A stretch of 64,000 nt of DNA from Fibrobacteria bacterium (GCA_041746255.1 JBGTHM010000039.1:27701-91700); one strand, 5' to 3'. Shown: positions 39,996 through 50,131, counted from the stretch's first letter. The notes: generated from the letters alone by a model not told the origin. Made by a program: numbers and translations.

Positions 39996-40814
39996 ATGAA
40001 CCCTACAATTCCCGGTTTACTCATAGCTGTAATCTTACTTTTTTCCGGATGCAATTCAGGCACGGATTCGAAGGGGGGAAGCTCCCATGGAAGTTCCCTT
40101 TTTGAGTTCAAAGCGAACGTGAAGGAAATAAACCACGTCGCAGGAATTTTGGTGACCGAATCGGAAGTCTATGAATGTATTGATAAAAAAGCGGTTAAAA
40201 ATATCGAGGTGGATACCGTCAAATACGCCATAGACGGGGGCCAGCTCATTCTCCTCGATGAAGAAAATTGTTCGGCAACCCTATTGCAGGGAACTTCCAA
40301 TAATATTATCGGAACCTGGAAAGGCGGATTTGAAAACGAAACCGCAATTCCGGAAAAATACCGTCCCGACCAATGTACGGAAGGGGTAGGGGGCGGTGAT
40401 ACCACTTCCCTGGATTTCTTCAAGGATTTGGTGATGACGGTAGAAGTGACCGACCAAGAAGTTCTGACGCGGGTTGACGGATCGGTTTGCATGGGTGATT
40501 TTATTGCGGCTCAATTCGGCGCTATGTCGGGCGGATCGCCTGGTGGATTGGCTTCTTTAATTTCCATCAAGGAAAAAGGCTGTTCGCATGTCATTCTGGA
40601 AAACAATACCTCAAAGGAAACTGCTCGAGTCGACGGGTCTTTTAGTAAAGAGGGTATGAAAACGGATTTCAAATATAAACAGAAGACCTGCGCCATGGTC
40701 ACTCCGATGGAAATTCCGTATGTGGTGCCGGATTGCACTATCGATCGGGAGGCCGCCGCCGCCGAATTCTACCAATGTGTCTTTGCATCAGGTTTTCTAT
40801 TTAGCGGAATGTGA
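39996..40814 (+). CDS. Hypothetical Cys-containing lipoprotein
   Basis: Lipobox LFSGC, AAGGAG RBS and several Cys residues. Confidence 0.8.
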   Translation: MNPTIPGLLIAVILLFSGCNSGTDSKGGSSHGSSLFEFKANVKEINHVAGILVTESEVYECIDKKAVKNIEVDTVKYAIDGGQLILLDEENCSATLLQGTSNNIIGTWKGGFENETAIPEKYRPDQCTEGVGGGDTTSLDFFKDLVMTVEVTDQEVLTRVDGSVCMGDFIAAQFGAMSGGSPGGLASLISIKEKGCSHVILENNTSKETARVDGSFSKEGMKTDFKYKQKTCAMVTPMEIPYVVPDCTIDREAAAAEFYQCVFASGFLFSGM

Positions 40815-40838
40815 ATATCCGGTGGATGGGAAGGCTCG

Positions 40839-42395
40839 CTAAACCTTCCCCATCCATTTGATGGAATAGAGATCCTCGCGCCGGTCTTTCTGGTTTTGCA
40901 CCGAGCCTTCGTAATGCAGCTGCTTCAATTTGTCCATGTCCAAGTCCACGATAATCGTCATTTCCGTATTCGGGGTGGTTTCCGCCAGGGTGGCGTCATG
41001 GGGAAAGGCGAAATCAGAGGGAGTGTAAACCCCGCTCTGCGCATATTGGATTTCGGCATTGTCGACATTGGGTAGATTGCCGACACTTCCGGAAATGGCC
41101 ACGTAGCATTCATTCTCGATGGCCCGGGCCTGAGCGCAGCGTTGCACTCGCAAAAAGCCGTTTTTGGTATCCGTCCAAAAAGGAACAAAGAGAATTTGCA
41201 TCCCCTTGGAAGCCAGAATGCGTCCTAGTTCGGGAAATTCCACGTCATAACAAATCAACACGCCGATTTTCCCCGAGTCGGTATCAAATATCCGCAAGTT
41301 TTCACCACCGTCCATGGCCCAGAACTTCCGCTCCGAGGGTGTGATGTGCAGTTTGTATTGTTCGTCCACTTTTCCACTGCGATGGAGCAGGTAGGCTACA
41401 TTGTATAATTTGCCGTCCTCCACCAAGGGCATGCTACCCGCGACAATATTGATATTGTAGCTCACCGCCAATTTCAGCATGGCTTCTTTGATAGGCAAGG
41501 TGTATTCCGCCAAGGCGCGGATGGCTTCGGCGGAATCTTTGGGAGCGCCCACCGCCATCAAAGCTGCGTTGAAAAATTCTGGAAACAGGCAGAAGTCGCA
41601 ATTATAACTGGCTAGGGCATCGACGAAGAACTCCACCTGGCTCATCAGGGAATGCAAGGATTCAACCCGCCGCATTTGCCACTGGACCGTTCCGAGCCGT
41701 ACCAGGGTTTTCCTTTGCGGAAGCAGCGGTGCTCCCCGGCCTTCGAAATAAATGTTGTTCCATTGCAGCAGGGTTGCGTAGCCATGCGATTCCCGGTCTT
41801 CGGGAAGGTATTTCTGCAATACCCGCTTAACCTGGAAATCATTAGCGATTTGAAAGGTGAGAATGGGATCATAAATTTCTCGGCGCGTTACCTGCTCGAT
41901 ATATTCCTGCGGCGTCATTTCCGCTTGATAGCGGGTATAACCCGGAATGCGTCCTCCGGCGATAATGGCGCGAAGGTTGAGCACCCGGCAAAGTTCTTTG
42001 CGGGCATCGTAAAGGCGGCGGCCCAGCCGCATATCCCGGTAATCGGGGTTCACGAAAACGTCCACGCCGTAGAGGATGTCTCCACTGGGATCATGGGTCG
42101 AGAGGGTCGCGCTTCCAGTGATTTCATCGTAAGTATGGTCGTCGCCGAAATACCGGTAATCGACGATAACGGAAAACGCCGCCGCGACTACCTTCCCCTT
42201 GTCCGCGATGCAAAGCTGGCCTGCGGGGAAGCGGTGAAGTTGGGCTGTGAATTTTTTTAGTGGCCAGGCGCCGCCCAATTGTTTGTAGACACGGTTCATG
42301 ATGCGAGCCACGTCCGGATAATCCTCCAGCTCCAGGTTCCGTAATTTGAGGCGATGTTCTTCCAGATGCTTGCGCGGTTGCCGTTTTTCGTTCAT
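40839..42395 (-). CDS. GNAT acetyltransferase / carbon-nitrogen hydrolase fusion
   Basis: GNAT motif (VNPDYRDMRLGRRLY) plus nitrilase triad Glu (FPEF), Lys (QYKLH) and Cys (ICYDVEFPE). Confidence 0.93.
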   Translation of the reverse strand: MNEKRQPRKHLEEHRLKLRNLELEDYPDVARIMNRVYKQLGGAWPLKKFTAQLHRFPAGQLCIADKGKVVAAAFSVIVDYRYFGDDHTYDEITGSATLSTHDPSGDILYGVDVFVNPDYRDMRLGRRLYDARKELCRVLNLRAIIAGGRIPGYTRYQAEMTPQEYIEQVTRREIYDPILTFQIANDFQVKRVLQKYLPEDRESHGYATLLQWNNIYFEGRGAPLLPQRKTLVRLGTVQWQMRRVESLHSLMSQVEFFVDALASYNCDFCLFPEFFNAALMAVGAPKDSAEAIRALAEYTLPIKEAMLKLAVSYNINIVAGSMPLVEDGKLYNVAYLLHRSGKVDEQYKLHITPSERKFWAMDGGENLRIFDTDSGKIGVLICYDVEFPELGRILASKGMQILFVPFWTDTKNGFLRVQRCAQARAIENECYVAISGSVGNLPNVDNAEIQYAQSGVYTPSDFAFPHDATLAETTPNTEMTIIVDLDMDKLKQLHYEGSVQNQKDRREDLYSIKWMGKV

Positions 42396-42489
42396 AGCCT
42401 TGGATTATACCAATCTACCGGGGTAATCTGAAGTTATTTCAAGCCTGATTTCGGAAAACCTCCTGCAAATCTCCCTTTAAGGTCCGATA

Positions 42490-42948
42490 TCAATCATCGT
42501 CATCGTCGTCATCGTCATCGTCATCATCTCCTCCGGTGGGCCTGCCTCCCTTATTACCCTTGGAACCCTTTTTTCCTGTATCCGGTTTTTTTATTGGAGG
42601 CTCTATTGAAGAGGGGGTACCGGTTAGAGGTGGAGGCGACTGGAAATCGGAATTGGGGGATGGTGGCGGATTGGGAGGCGGGGGCGGAGCAGGTGGACGT
42701 GTGGGATGAATAAATGTTTGACCAGCGCGTTCCCTAGCGGTTTGGAGACACTCCCTCGGAGTCGCGGTGCATCCGGGAGCATATTTTTCCACGCTGTCGG
42801 CTATTCCGTTTCCATTGCCATCGAGCGCCCACTCTTGCCCAGGATAGGCAGTATTTTCTGGAAGGTAGGCGGAGTTCGTCGGCCAAAATTCGCATCCAGT
42901 CAAAAAGGCGATTCCGAAGTAACTCATTAAAAACAGTTTTAGAATCAT
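42490..42948 (-). CDS. Hypothetical lipoprotein with EF-hand-like motif, Pro-rich linker and poly-Asp tail
   Basis: Lipobox LTGC, DGNGNGIAD, PPAPPPPPNPPP and 12 terminal Asp residues. Confidence 0.7.
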   Translation of the reverse strand: MILKLFLMSYFGIAFLTGCEFWPTNSAYLPENTAYPGQEWALDGNGNGIADSVEKYAPGCTATPRECLQTARERAGQTFIHPTRPPAPPPPPNPPPSPNSDFQSPPPLTGTPSSIEPPIKKPDTGKKGSKGNKGGRPTGGDDDDDDDDDDDD

Positions 42949-42965
42949 TTTTGTGCTCCCTTCAA

Positions 42966-44189
42966 TTAAAAACTCCAAATCATCCCGATTGTTGAGACAG
43001 CGCCGACAAACCCCAGGGCTCCGAAGCGACGGACATTGTCGGTATACCGATTAACTTGTGATTGATGGTGTGTGGCCGTTTGCTGGGAACGTGCTTGCTT
43101 CACATTGAGCGATTCACGATAGCCGGCTTCCCAGGCAAGATAGGCTTCCATTCCCGAGGCGGCCGTGATTGCCAAACCTAATCCGAACAATCCCACTTTG
43201 AGGAGGGAGCGTTTCGGGACTCGGTGCTCCGTTCTTGACCTGGTGTAGAAATCATCGCCAGACTCTAGCGATTCCTCAAAAAAATTAGTGTTGAAATCGA
43301 GCAAATGGGAAAAATCCCTGTGCACCATAGAGGAAGCTTGTCGGATGGGTATAACTTCTTCGACGTCCCCCCATAGGTAACGTGCCCGGTAGGCCTTTCC
43401 GATTTGTTCCAAGTTGGCGCTGAAAATCCGGGAAACCCCCAATTGTCGGGCCAGGTGGTTCCACCGTTCCGTCTCTACCGCGCTTTGTATCTCAGGTACC
43501 GCAAGCAGTTCGGATAATTCAGTTGGACTCATCAAATCATAGCTTCGGGTGGAGGCAAGATTTGCAAAAACCTGCTCCGACAAAATCCTTCCGGGCAATA
43601 TGTTCGGCCCTGTCTGGATTACCACGGCAAGTTGGCGCCGCTTCGGTTCAGCCAATACAATGCGGTCGGGGTGGATGGTCGCAAGTCTTTCGAGCAAAGT
43701 TGCAGCCAATTTTTGGGGCCGATGGCTCTGGGAATCCGTGCGTACATCCCCGGCGTCCGCCCAAATTACCCGGACGGTGGGAACATGGAGTAGGTAAAGC
43801 GCGAAGATTTCCATATTCGCATAGAAGGTAAAGGTTCCGAACAAGGCGAATTCAACCTGGAGTGTAGTGGCGGCTTCATAGGCGCATTGGAATTCCCGGC
43901 ATAATGCCGGCAGTTCGACTCCCGCATTGCGCATGTGGATTTCCAGGGAGTCCGCCCCCACCACTGTCCAATCCATTTCCGTTCGCAGCACTGTCTGCAT
44001 GAAGGTTCCAATCTCGGCACGGTTCCGGTTTTTACCTAAATCAACCGGGTCCAAGACAAGGATGGTGGGCTTATCCTGGGTTTCGGAAGCTTCGGAAAAA
44101 TTGTCGAATGAGGGTAAATTGACTGGGGTCCCATTGGCCCAAGTCGCAGATAACCACCAAACAACCAGGAATAAGCCTGTGAAACCCAT
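42966..44189 (-). CDS. Hypothetical secreted/membrane protein (two CsgG/TolB-N-like alpha-beta domains)
   Basis: Signal peptide, CxxxxC motif (CREFQC), repeated domain pattern and two C-terminal hydrophobic segments. Confidence 0.6.
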   Translation of the reverse strand: MGFTGLFLVVWWLSATWANGTPVNLPSFDNFSEASETQDKPTILVLDPVDLGKNRNRAEIGTFMQTVLRTEMDWTVVGADSLEIHMRNAGVELPALCREFQCAYEAATTLQVEFALFGTFTFYANMEIFALYLLHVPTVRVIWADAGDVRTDSQSHRPQKLAATLLERLATIHPDRIVLAEPKRRQLAVVIQTGPNILPGRILSEQVFANLASTRSYDLMSPTELSELLAVPEIQSAVETERWNHLARQLGVSRIFSANLEQIGKAYRARYLWGDVEEVIPIRQASSMVHRDFSHLLDFNTNFFEESLESGDDFYTRSRTEHRVPKRSLLKVGLFGLGLAITAASGMEAYLAWEAGYRESLNVKQARSQQTATHHQSQVNRYTDNVRRFGALGFVGAVSTIGMIWSF

Positions 44190-44264
44190 GGCAAAATCCC
44201 CCTGCCTTTAAGAAAATTTCCAAAATGAGGGAAAGCACGGTAGAAGTGAAGGAAGTACTCTGAA

Positions 44265-45158
44265 ATGCGCTCTTTAATGCCCGGCACCCTGGGTCTCACC
44301 GCCTTGGCCTTAATCGCATTTGCGGCTAATTCCATCCTGTGTCGCTTGGCTTTGGCCGATCCCATGCTGGATGCGCTGTCCTTTACGGTAATTCGTCTAG
44401 GCAGCGGTGCGGTCGTGTTGTCGTTGCTTATCATTCGACGAATTGGGAATGGGGTTTGGATGGCGCCACGGTGGATTTCCGCCTTCGCATTATTCCTTTA
44501 CGCTGCTTCGTTTTCCCTGGCCTATTTACGTATTCCAGCTGGGTTTGGAGCCCTTATTCTCTTTGGCTCGGTGCAGGTGACCATGGTGGGTAGGGACATG
44601 TTTAACGGGAATAGACCGAAACCCGCGGAATGGATGGGATTCGGACTGGCTATAGGCGGATTGGCTTCCCTGACCTTACCGGGAGTGGAAGCCCCCGATT
44701 TCCATGGGGTTTTGTTAATGGCCCTATCGGGATTGGCCTGGGGTATTTATTCCCTAAAAGGGAGAGGCGTTGCCGACCCTATCGGAGCCACGGCGGCAAA
44801 TTTTCTTTGGAGTCTGGTTTTCGCAATCCCCGTATTTTTGTCAGTCTTGGGAGTATACCCCGAGTCGTTTTTTCTCTCGGCTCCAGGAGTGGCGTTGGGT
44901 GTTTTATCGGGCGGCCTGACCTCGGCGATAGGTTATGTTATCTGGTATCGGGCATTGCGAGGCTTGACTGCGACACGAGCGGCCATCGTGCAACTTCTTG
45001 TACCCGTGATAACTGCGCTGGCCGGTGTATTGCTTCTCGGAGAAAACTTGAGCATCCGGCTGTTGTTTTCAGGAATCGTAATTTTGTTTGGCGTCGCCCT
45101 GGCGGTATTACATCCGCAGGTAAAACGGTCATCGGGAAGATTAAACACCGGCGAATGA
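44265..45158 (+). CDS. DMT/EamA-family transporter
   Basis: About 10 TM segments; AFAANSILCRLAL and SAIGYVIWY motifs. Confidence 0.92.
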   Translation: MRSLMPGTLGLTALALIAFAANSILCRLALADPMLDALSFTVIRLGSGAVVLSLLIIRRIGNGVWMAPRWISAFALFLYAASFSLAYLRIPAGFGALILFGSVQVTMVGRDMFNGNRPKPAEWMGFGLAIGGLASLTLPGVEAPDFHGVLLMALSGLAWGIYSLKGRGVADPIGATAANFLWSLVFAIPVFLSVLGVYPESFFLSAPGVALGVLSGGLTSAIGYVIWYRALRGLTATRAAIVQLLVPVITALAGVLLLGENLSIRLLFSGIVILFGVALAVLHPQVKRSSGRLNTGE

Positions 45159-45757
45159 AAATGCCTGATTTTAACAAAGTGATTACAGCCATTGCGGAAA
45201 AGGACTGGTGCGTCGATCCTAGTTTCATTACGGAAACAGAGTCGAGGCCGCTCATCCGGGAAGCGTCTGCGTTAAGCGACGCCGGAGCGTTTCGCCCGGC
45301 GGGAATCGGCAGGGGGATGGGTGCGGCCATGCGCCCCGACATCAGGGGGGACAAAATTCTCTGGCTCGATCCGGAAAGCCCCACTACGGCCCAATCGGCT
45401 TTTTTTCTCAAACTGGAAACCTTGCGGATAGCGTGCAACCGTGAGTTGTTTACGGGACTCTCCGCCCTGGAAGCGCATTATGCCTGTTATCCCCCTGGCG
45501 CGGGTTATGCGCGTCACCTGGATCGTTTTTCCGACTCGGATACGCGTGTGATTTCATTCGTGCTCTATTTGAATCCGAATTGGGAATCCCATTGGGGCGG
45601 ACAATTAAGAATGTATTTACCGGAAGGTCACGTGGATGTGCAGCCGGTAGCGGGTACCTTGGTTCTGTTCCGCAGCGAGACGGTTTATCATGAAGTTCTA
45701 CCGTCAAGCGCATATCGTTACACTTTGACCGGGTGGTTTCGGCGTCGAGCGATGTGA
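45155..45757 (+). CDS. 2OG-Fe(II) oxygenase, prolyl-4-hydroxylase (PHD/EGLN-like) family
   Basis: IRGDKILWL, YARHLD, YLNPNW...GGQL, HEVLP and RYTLTGWF motifs. ATGA overlap with the EamA stop. Confidence 0.9.
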   Translation: MKMPDFNKVITAIAEKDWCVDPSFITETESRPLIREASALSDAGAFRPAGIGRGMGAAMRPDIRGDKILWLDPESPTTAQSAFFLKLETLRIACNRELFTGLSALEAHYACYPPGAGYARHLDRFSDSDTRVISFVLYLNPNWESHWGGQLRMYLPEGHVDVQPVAGTLVLFRSETVYHEVLPSSAYRYTLTGWFRRRAM

Positions 45758-45779
45758 TTTTTTGGGGAGGGGACCGGAA

Positions 45780-46604
45780 TTAGTTTCTGTAGGCGGCGCG
45801 GAAAAGTAATCCGACGCATGCCACAGCGACTGCGGCCATGGGCGAAGGGGGAAGATCGAATCCCAAGGCAATCAAGAAACCGGTAACGGTGCCGAAGAAG
45901 CCGATGCCGGCGACGGCCACCATATATTTGTCCATTCCCGTTACCTTTTCCCCCAACAAGGCCGGAAGTATCAGCAAAGTCGTCATGAGCATGGGGCCGA
46001 TGAGAAGTATGCCACCCGATACAATGGCAACGGCCGCCAAACGATAGGTGAAAACGGTGCGTTTATATCCCTTCCTTCGAATGAAGAGGCTTTCTTCGTC
46101 CAGGCAAAAGGCATAGGCTGCCTTGCGACGCCAAAGGAAGAGAAGGAGCAGCATCACGCTCGCGACGGCGGCGACCCAGACTTCTCCGATGCGGACGGCC
46201 AGAATTTCGCCATGCAGAACGTAGTGCAAGTAGGTTTCGGCCCGGGGGGACAGGGCCAGCACCAGCATGGTCAAGCCGCCCGACAAAGCGAATACCGAGG
46301 CCAGTACGATTTCGCGCCTGCGGGGAGGCATGCGTCCTCCGCGCATTCCCAGGGGTAGCAGCCAGGTTAATAGCATTAGGAATAGGAATGTCAGGCCATA
46401 GAGAAGATATCGGTCGCCTTCCGCCAGGCCGAAAGCGGCTCCGAAGGCTACCGCCAAGGCTCCCGCCGGGGGAAGCGCGATGCCGAAGAGGATTTCCTGG
46501 CGTAAATACAAGGTGGCTCCCAAGGGAGGGGTCACCAGTGAGAAGAGGGCTGCCGCTATCAGAGGGAGGGTGGAGAATCCGAGTACGAGCAGGAAATCAT
46601 CCAT
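45780..46604 (-). CDS. Metal ABC transporter permease (ZnuB/ABC-3-like)
   Basis: Multiple TM segments, GEILAV motif, last gene of the metal ABC operon. Confidence 0.82.
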   Translation of the reverse strand: MDDFLLVLGFSTLPLIAAALFSLVTPPLGATLYLRQEILFGIALPPAGALAVAFGAAFGLAEGDRYLLYGLTFLFLMLLTWLLPLGMRGGRMPPRRREIVLASVFALSGGLTMLVLALSPRAETYLHYVLHGEILAVRIGEVWVAAVASVMLLLLFLWRRKAAYAFCLDEESLFIRRKGYKRTVFTYRLAAVAIVSGGILLIGPMLMTTLLILPALLGEKVTGMDKYMVAVAGIGFFGTVTGFLIALGFDLPPSPMAAVAVACVGLLFRAAYRN

Positions 46605-47214
46605 GCAGACGTCCTTTTTCGACCAGCATCCTTCGGGCGGATGGAGCCCAGGCCCAATCGTGGGCGGTAGCCAATACCGAGATTCCCTGGTTGGTGCGCA
46701 GGTCTTCCAGCAAGGCTGAAAGTGCTATTTCGGTTTCTCCGTCAACATTCGCCATGGGTTCGTCCAGAATGAGCATGGTCGGGTTGCCCGCTAAGGCCCG
46801 AGCCATGAGGACCCGTCTTTTCTGCCCTCCGGAGAGGCTGCCGAAGCGGTGGTGGGAGCGTTCCGCGAGATTGACGCGTTCAAGGGCTGTCTTAGCAGCC
46901 TCCTCCCGTTTCCCGTTTGCAAATGGGAATGCGGTGTACACGACGTCGAGGCATGTGGCCGGTACACTGGGATCGATGCCGGATTCTTGCGGCACATAAC
47001 CCAATTGGGTCAAGGGAATATTCCATCGCAATTTTCCGGAACGATAGGATGTTAAACCGAGCACTCCCCGTAAAATTGTGGTTTTGCCGCTTCCATTGGC
47101 TCCCGTAAGCAGAATGAAATCACCGGACTCAACCTCCAAGTTGATGTGCTCTACCACGGGGGATCCGGAATATCCGAAGGCGGCATTTTCCAAGGAAAGT
47201 AGCTTCGTTTTCAC
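46597..47214 (-). CDS. Metal ABC transporter ATP-binding protein (ZnuC-like)
   Basis: GANGSGKT, GYVPQ, LSGGQ and ILDEP motifs. GTG start overlaps the SBP stop. Confidence 0.92.
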   Translation of the reverse strand: MKTKLLSLENAAFGYSGSPVVEHINLEVESGDFILLTGANGSGKTTILRGVLGLTSYRSGKLRWNIPLTQLGYVPQESGIDPSVPATCLDVVYTAFPFANGKREEAAKTALERVNLAERSHHRFGSLSGGQKRRVLMARALAGNPTMLILDEPMANVDGETEIALSALLEDLRTNQGISVLATAHDWAWAPSARRMLVEKGRLHG

Positions 47215-48143
47215 TTCCGGTTTCCGTTCAAGGCATCCAATAAGGCCTGAAGATTGTAGCGTTGCAAATCCTCCCACGTATGGATACCGGGTTTGGCGCC
47301 GACCATGTTAGCCAATTGCACCGTATTGGCGGTAATGTCGGCGGCGAATTTACCGGGCAATTTGGGGTTTTGCGCTTGATTGAATAAAACCAAGCGGACG
47401 TTCGAGGCCATAGCCTCCTCGGCCAGACGGGCTAAGTGCCGTGAGGTCGGTTGCACTCCGGGTTTGGGTTCGAGGCTTCCGATTTCGGTCATGCCGTAAA
47501 ATTCCGTAAGGTAGATAACATCCGGATGATAGGATACCACCTTCAGGCCTTGCAACGGCTTTCCGGCCTCCTGCAATTCCGAAACCAGGTTTTCCAATTG
47601 GAGGCGATATTCCGCCAAGCGATTTTCAAAATACGCGGCATTGTCGGGATCGTGAGCGATAAAGGCCCGGGCGATATTTTCGGCCACCGTCACTCCGCTT
47701 TGCGGACCGATATTGAAATGGGAGTTTCCTTGGGGGTGCTGATCCCCTTCGCGGCGGTCCAACACTTCCGGTTTATCCAACACCTCAATACCGGAGTGTA
47801 CCTCAACCCAACCTTTACGTCCCGGCAGGATGTCGCGATTACGGGCTTCACGCGCCAGGGCGGGTAGCCAGGCATGTTCCGCGTCCAGACCCAGGGAGAG
47901 TACGATATCAGCTCGGTTCAGTTTGGGAAGGAAGCTGGGACGGACGGGAACGGCGTGGAGATCTTCGCGCCCGGAGGCCAGGGAGATGACTTCGACTTTA
48001 TCGCCTCCGATTCGCTCCGCCATGACGCCGAGATCGGGTATGGAAGCCACGACGCGTAAATCCGCGAGGGCCATACCGGCCAGCAACGATACCATAAGGA
48101 AGAGGGTGGCGGGAGCTCTCCAGAATTTAGCTGGAATTTTCAT
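47211..48143 (-). CDS. Metal ABC transporter substrate-binding protein (ZnuA/TroA family)
   Basis: Signal peptide; EDLH, HPQGNSHF, SYHP and EPKPG motifs. Confidence 0.92.
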   Translation of the reverse strand: MKIPAKFWRAPATLFLMVSLLAGMALADLRVVASIPDLGVMAERIGGDKVEVISLASGREDLHAVPVRPSFLPKLNRADIVLSLGLDAEHAWLPALAREARNRDILPGRKGWVEVHSGIEVLDKPEVLDRREGDQHPQGNSHFNIGPQSGVTVAENIARAFIAHDPDNAAYFENRLAEYRLQLENLVSELQEAGKPLQGLKVVSYHPDVIYLTEFYGMTEIGSLEPKPGVQPTSRHLARLAEEAMASNVRLVLFNQAQNPKLPGKFAADITANTVQLANMVGAKPGIHTWEDLQRYNLQALLDALNGNRK

Positions 48144-49483
48144 CGCAAACTCCCGTGCGTATGATAGCCGATGACGGCATCGTATTGCAGCGCGATTCGA
48201 TGTAAGGCGTCGGCTCCCTCCGCATAATGATGTCGGCTGACTTCAATCCGGAAAAACTGAAAATGGGAAGGCGCGTAGGTGAAGAAAAGTCCATAACGAT
48301 TTTGCGCGTAGTCCTCTCTCGATCGGTTGGTGAATCTTTCGTAGAAGCTGCCGACTTGCTTGCCTTGCAAGTGCTGGTAACGCACGAAGGAGAAAAAACC
48401 GCCTCGGTGAAAGGGTTCCGATATAATGGTTCGGTCTTGCTGCCGCTCAAACATTTCGGAGTTCATGAGAAATTCGACGCCAAAATCCGCATTGCGATAT
48501 TGATTCCGATCCAGGGGATGCCAGAAGAAGGTCAAGTCCGCACCGTATAAAGCCTTGGGGTATCTCTTCCCATCCAGGCGCTGGGAGATTTTATATCCGT
48601 GCTGATAAAGCCCGCTGATGCCGGCATCCAAGCTCCAATCTCCCCCGAATTCGAAAACGGTGCGCGCCCGGCCGCCGCCGGCGAAATCCTGCGCGGAAAA
48701 CCGAGATCGCCGAGTCACCGGCTCCATAGAATCGATTCCCGCTTCGGCCAGTAAATCCTCCTCCCGAAGAATCTGCCCTCCGGGACAGTCCCAATGATCA
48801 CCATGGGAAACGCATCCTTTTTCCCGTGCGATATCGTTAAGAATTTTTTCGATACTAACTTCGCCGTTACCTCCGGAAACGGGAATGGGCGAGTCATGGG
48901 TATGACCTTGCATGCTTTCATAGGCGGAGACGGTGATTTCCAGAAAGCGCTCGAAAGGGGCGAGCCAGGAAAGCTCCAGCCCTTTGTTCAGCATCATCCC
49001 TCCCAAATATTCATGGTAGATGCGCGGCTCGCTGGTAAAGGGCATGAAATGCGTGTGAAATCGGTTCCAACGGCCAAAATTGGCCAGCATCAAGCCGCCC
49101 TTAGCCTTCAGGTTTCCCGGAAGGAAGGGGAAAAGTGCGAAGGCCTCATGCATTTCCGCCCCGGTGGGAGTGACGAGAATATTGGCGTGCAGCGAGGAAA
49201 AGGGATCGATATGGGCGCTGATATCCAACTCGGCGGCGCGCAGTTGAATGCCTTCGCTGCGCCAGGTCGACCCTTGGGACTCGGCATCGTGAAGGTCGGC
49301 GATGAAATCGGCGACGACTCCGATATTGGGATTTTGCCAGGCTCCCAAAGGTTTGTCCTGCGCGGATACCATTGTGGTTAAAAGAACCAGCGTCGTAAAG
49401 GCCTTCCCCAATGGAAGGCGATACGCTGTTTTAGTGAGTCCCGGTTTGGGCGGGAGGTTAATGACCATGCTCACCTTCTTCAA
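48140..49483 (-). CDS. Outer-membrane beta-barrel protein associated with metal uptake
   Basis: NPNIGV, IDPF and FGRWNRFHTH motifs, internal CVSHGDHWDC, C-terminal IGYHTH. The true start may be slightly downstream. Confidence 0.75.
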   Translation of the reverse strand: MKKVSMVINLPPKPGLTKTAYRLPLGKAFTTLVLLTTMVSAQDKPLGAWQNPNIGVVADFIADLHDAESQGSTWRSEGIQLRAAELDISAHIDPFSSLHANILVTPTGAEMHEAFALFPFLPGNLKAKGGLMLANFGRWNRFHTHFMPFTSEPRIYHEYLGGMMLNKGLELSWLAPFERFLEITVSAYESMQGHTHDSPIPVSGGNGEVSIEKILNDIAREKGCVSHGDHWDCPGGQILREEDLLAEAGIDSMEPVTRRSRFSAQDFAGGGRARTVFEFGGDWSLDAGISGLYQHGYKISQRLDGKRYPKALYGADLTFFWHPLDRNQYRNADFGVEFLMNSEMFERQQDRTIISEPFHRGGFFSFVRYQHLQGKQVGSFYERFTNRSREDYAQNRYGLFFTYAPSHFQFFRIEVSRHHYAEGADALHRIALQYDAVIGYHTHGSLR

Positions 49484-49961
49484 TCACCATTTTGACCTGG
49501 GTTTCGGAGGTGGGGCCGAATTCCAGATAGGATGTTCCTTGGGTAAGGGGGACGGTATGATAGGCCTTGATGCCCGCGCAATCGATTCCGGAAGTAATGG
49601 TTTCTTCGATATCGATATCTCCCCCTGCGGCGTCGCGCACCTTTAATGGTATGGCGGAACTGAGGAAAATTATGAAATCGGTGGATTCGTCGGCAACGAA
49701 TTTTACCATTCCACCTTTGTTTGCTTTGAAATCGATGAGTTGCACGGAATAGGGGGTATGCGGCTTACTGACATCGGGACTTCCCGCGTCCGTGGATGCC
49801 GCTGTCACAGCAGTCGGCGTTCCCGCAATATGCTCACAGGCGTGTTCCAGAGGGGTTTCGCCATCGGTATGGGTATGGGAGTGGCCAAAGCATCCCGAGA
49901 ATAGGAATGCGGCCGCGGAAATTGAAGTCAGTGTGAGAAAGGAACGGATGAATGGTTGCAT
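49458..49961 (-). CDS. His-rich putative metal-binding lipoprotein
   Basis: Lipobox FSGC, HSHTHTD, EHACEH and C-terminal EHGH. Confidence 0.8.
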   Translation of the reverse strand: MQPFIRSFLTLTSISAAAFLFSGCFGHSHTHTDGETPLEHACEHIAGTPTAVTAASTDAGSPDVSKPHTPYSVQLIDFKANKGGMVKFVADESTDFIIFLSSAIPLKVRDAAGGDIDIEETITSGIDCAGIKAYHTVPLTQGTSYLEFGPTSETQVKMVIEEGEHGH

Positions 49962-50131
49962 TTTTTCTCCTGGGCGTGAAGTGACGCCGGGTATTTTTGG
50001 TGGTTGGCTGGAGCCATTTCTTTAGGGACGGTAGGGATATAGGCTAACCGATTTATGTACCCATCGCGTAATCGATGGCAATTTTTAATCGCCGTGATTT
50101 TGCGGAGGGAGGCAAGCGGTCGGGCTTGGAA

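Noticed and set aside
44630..45154. N-terminal extension making the oxygenase 375 aa
   Set aside because: It overlaps the EamA gene in another frame; the ATGA junction at 45155 gives a normal-sized enzyme.
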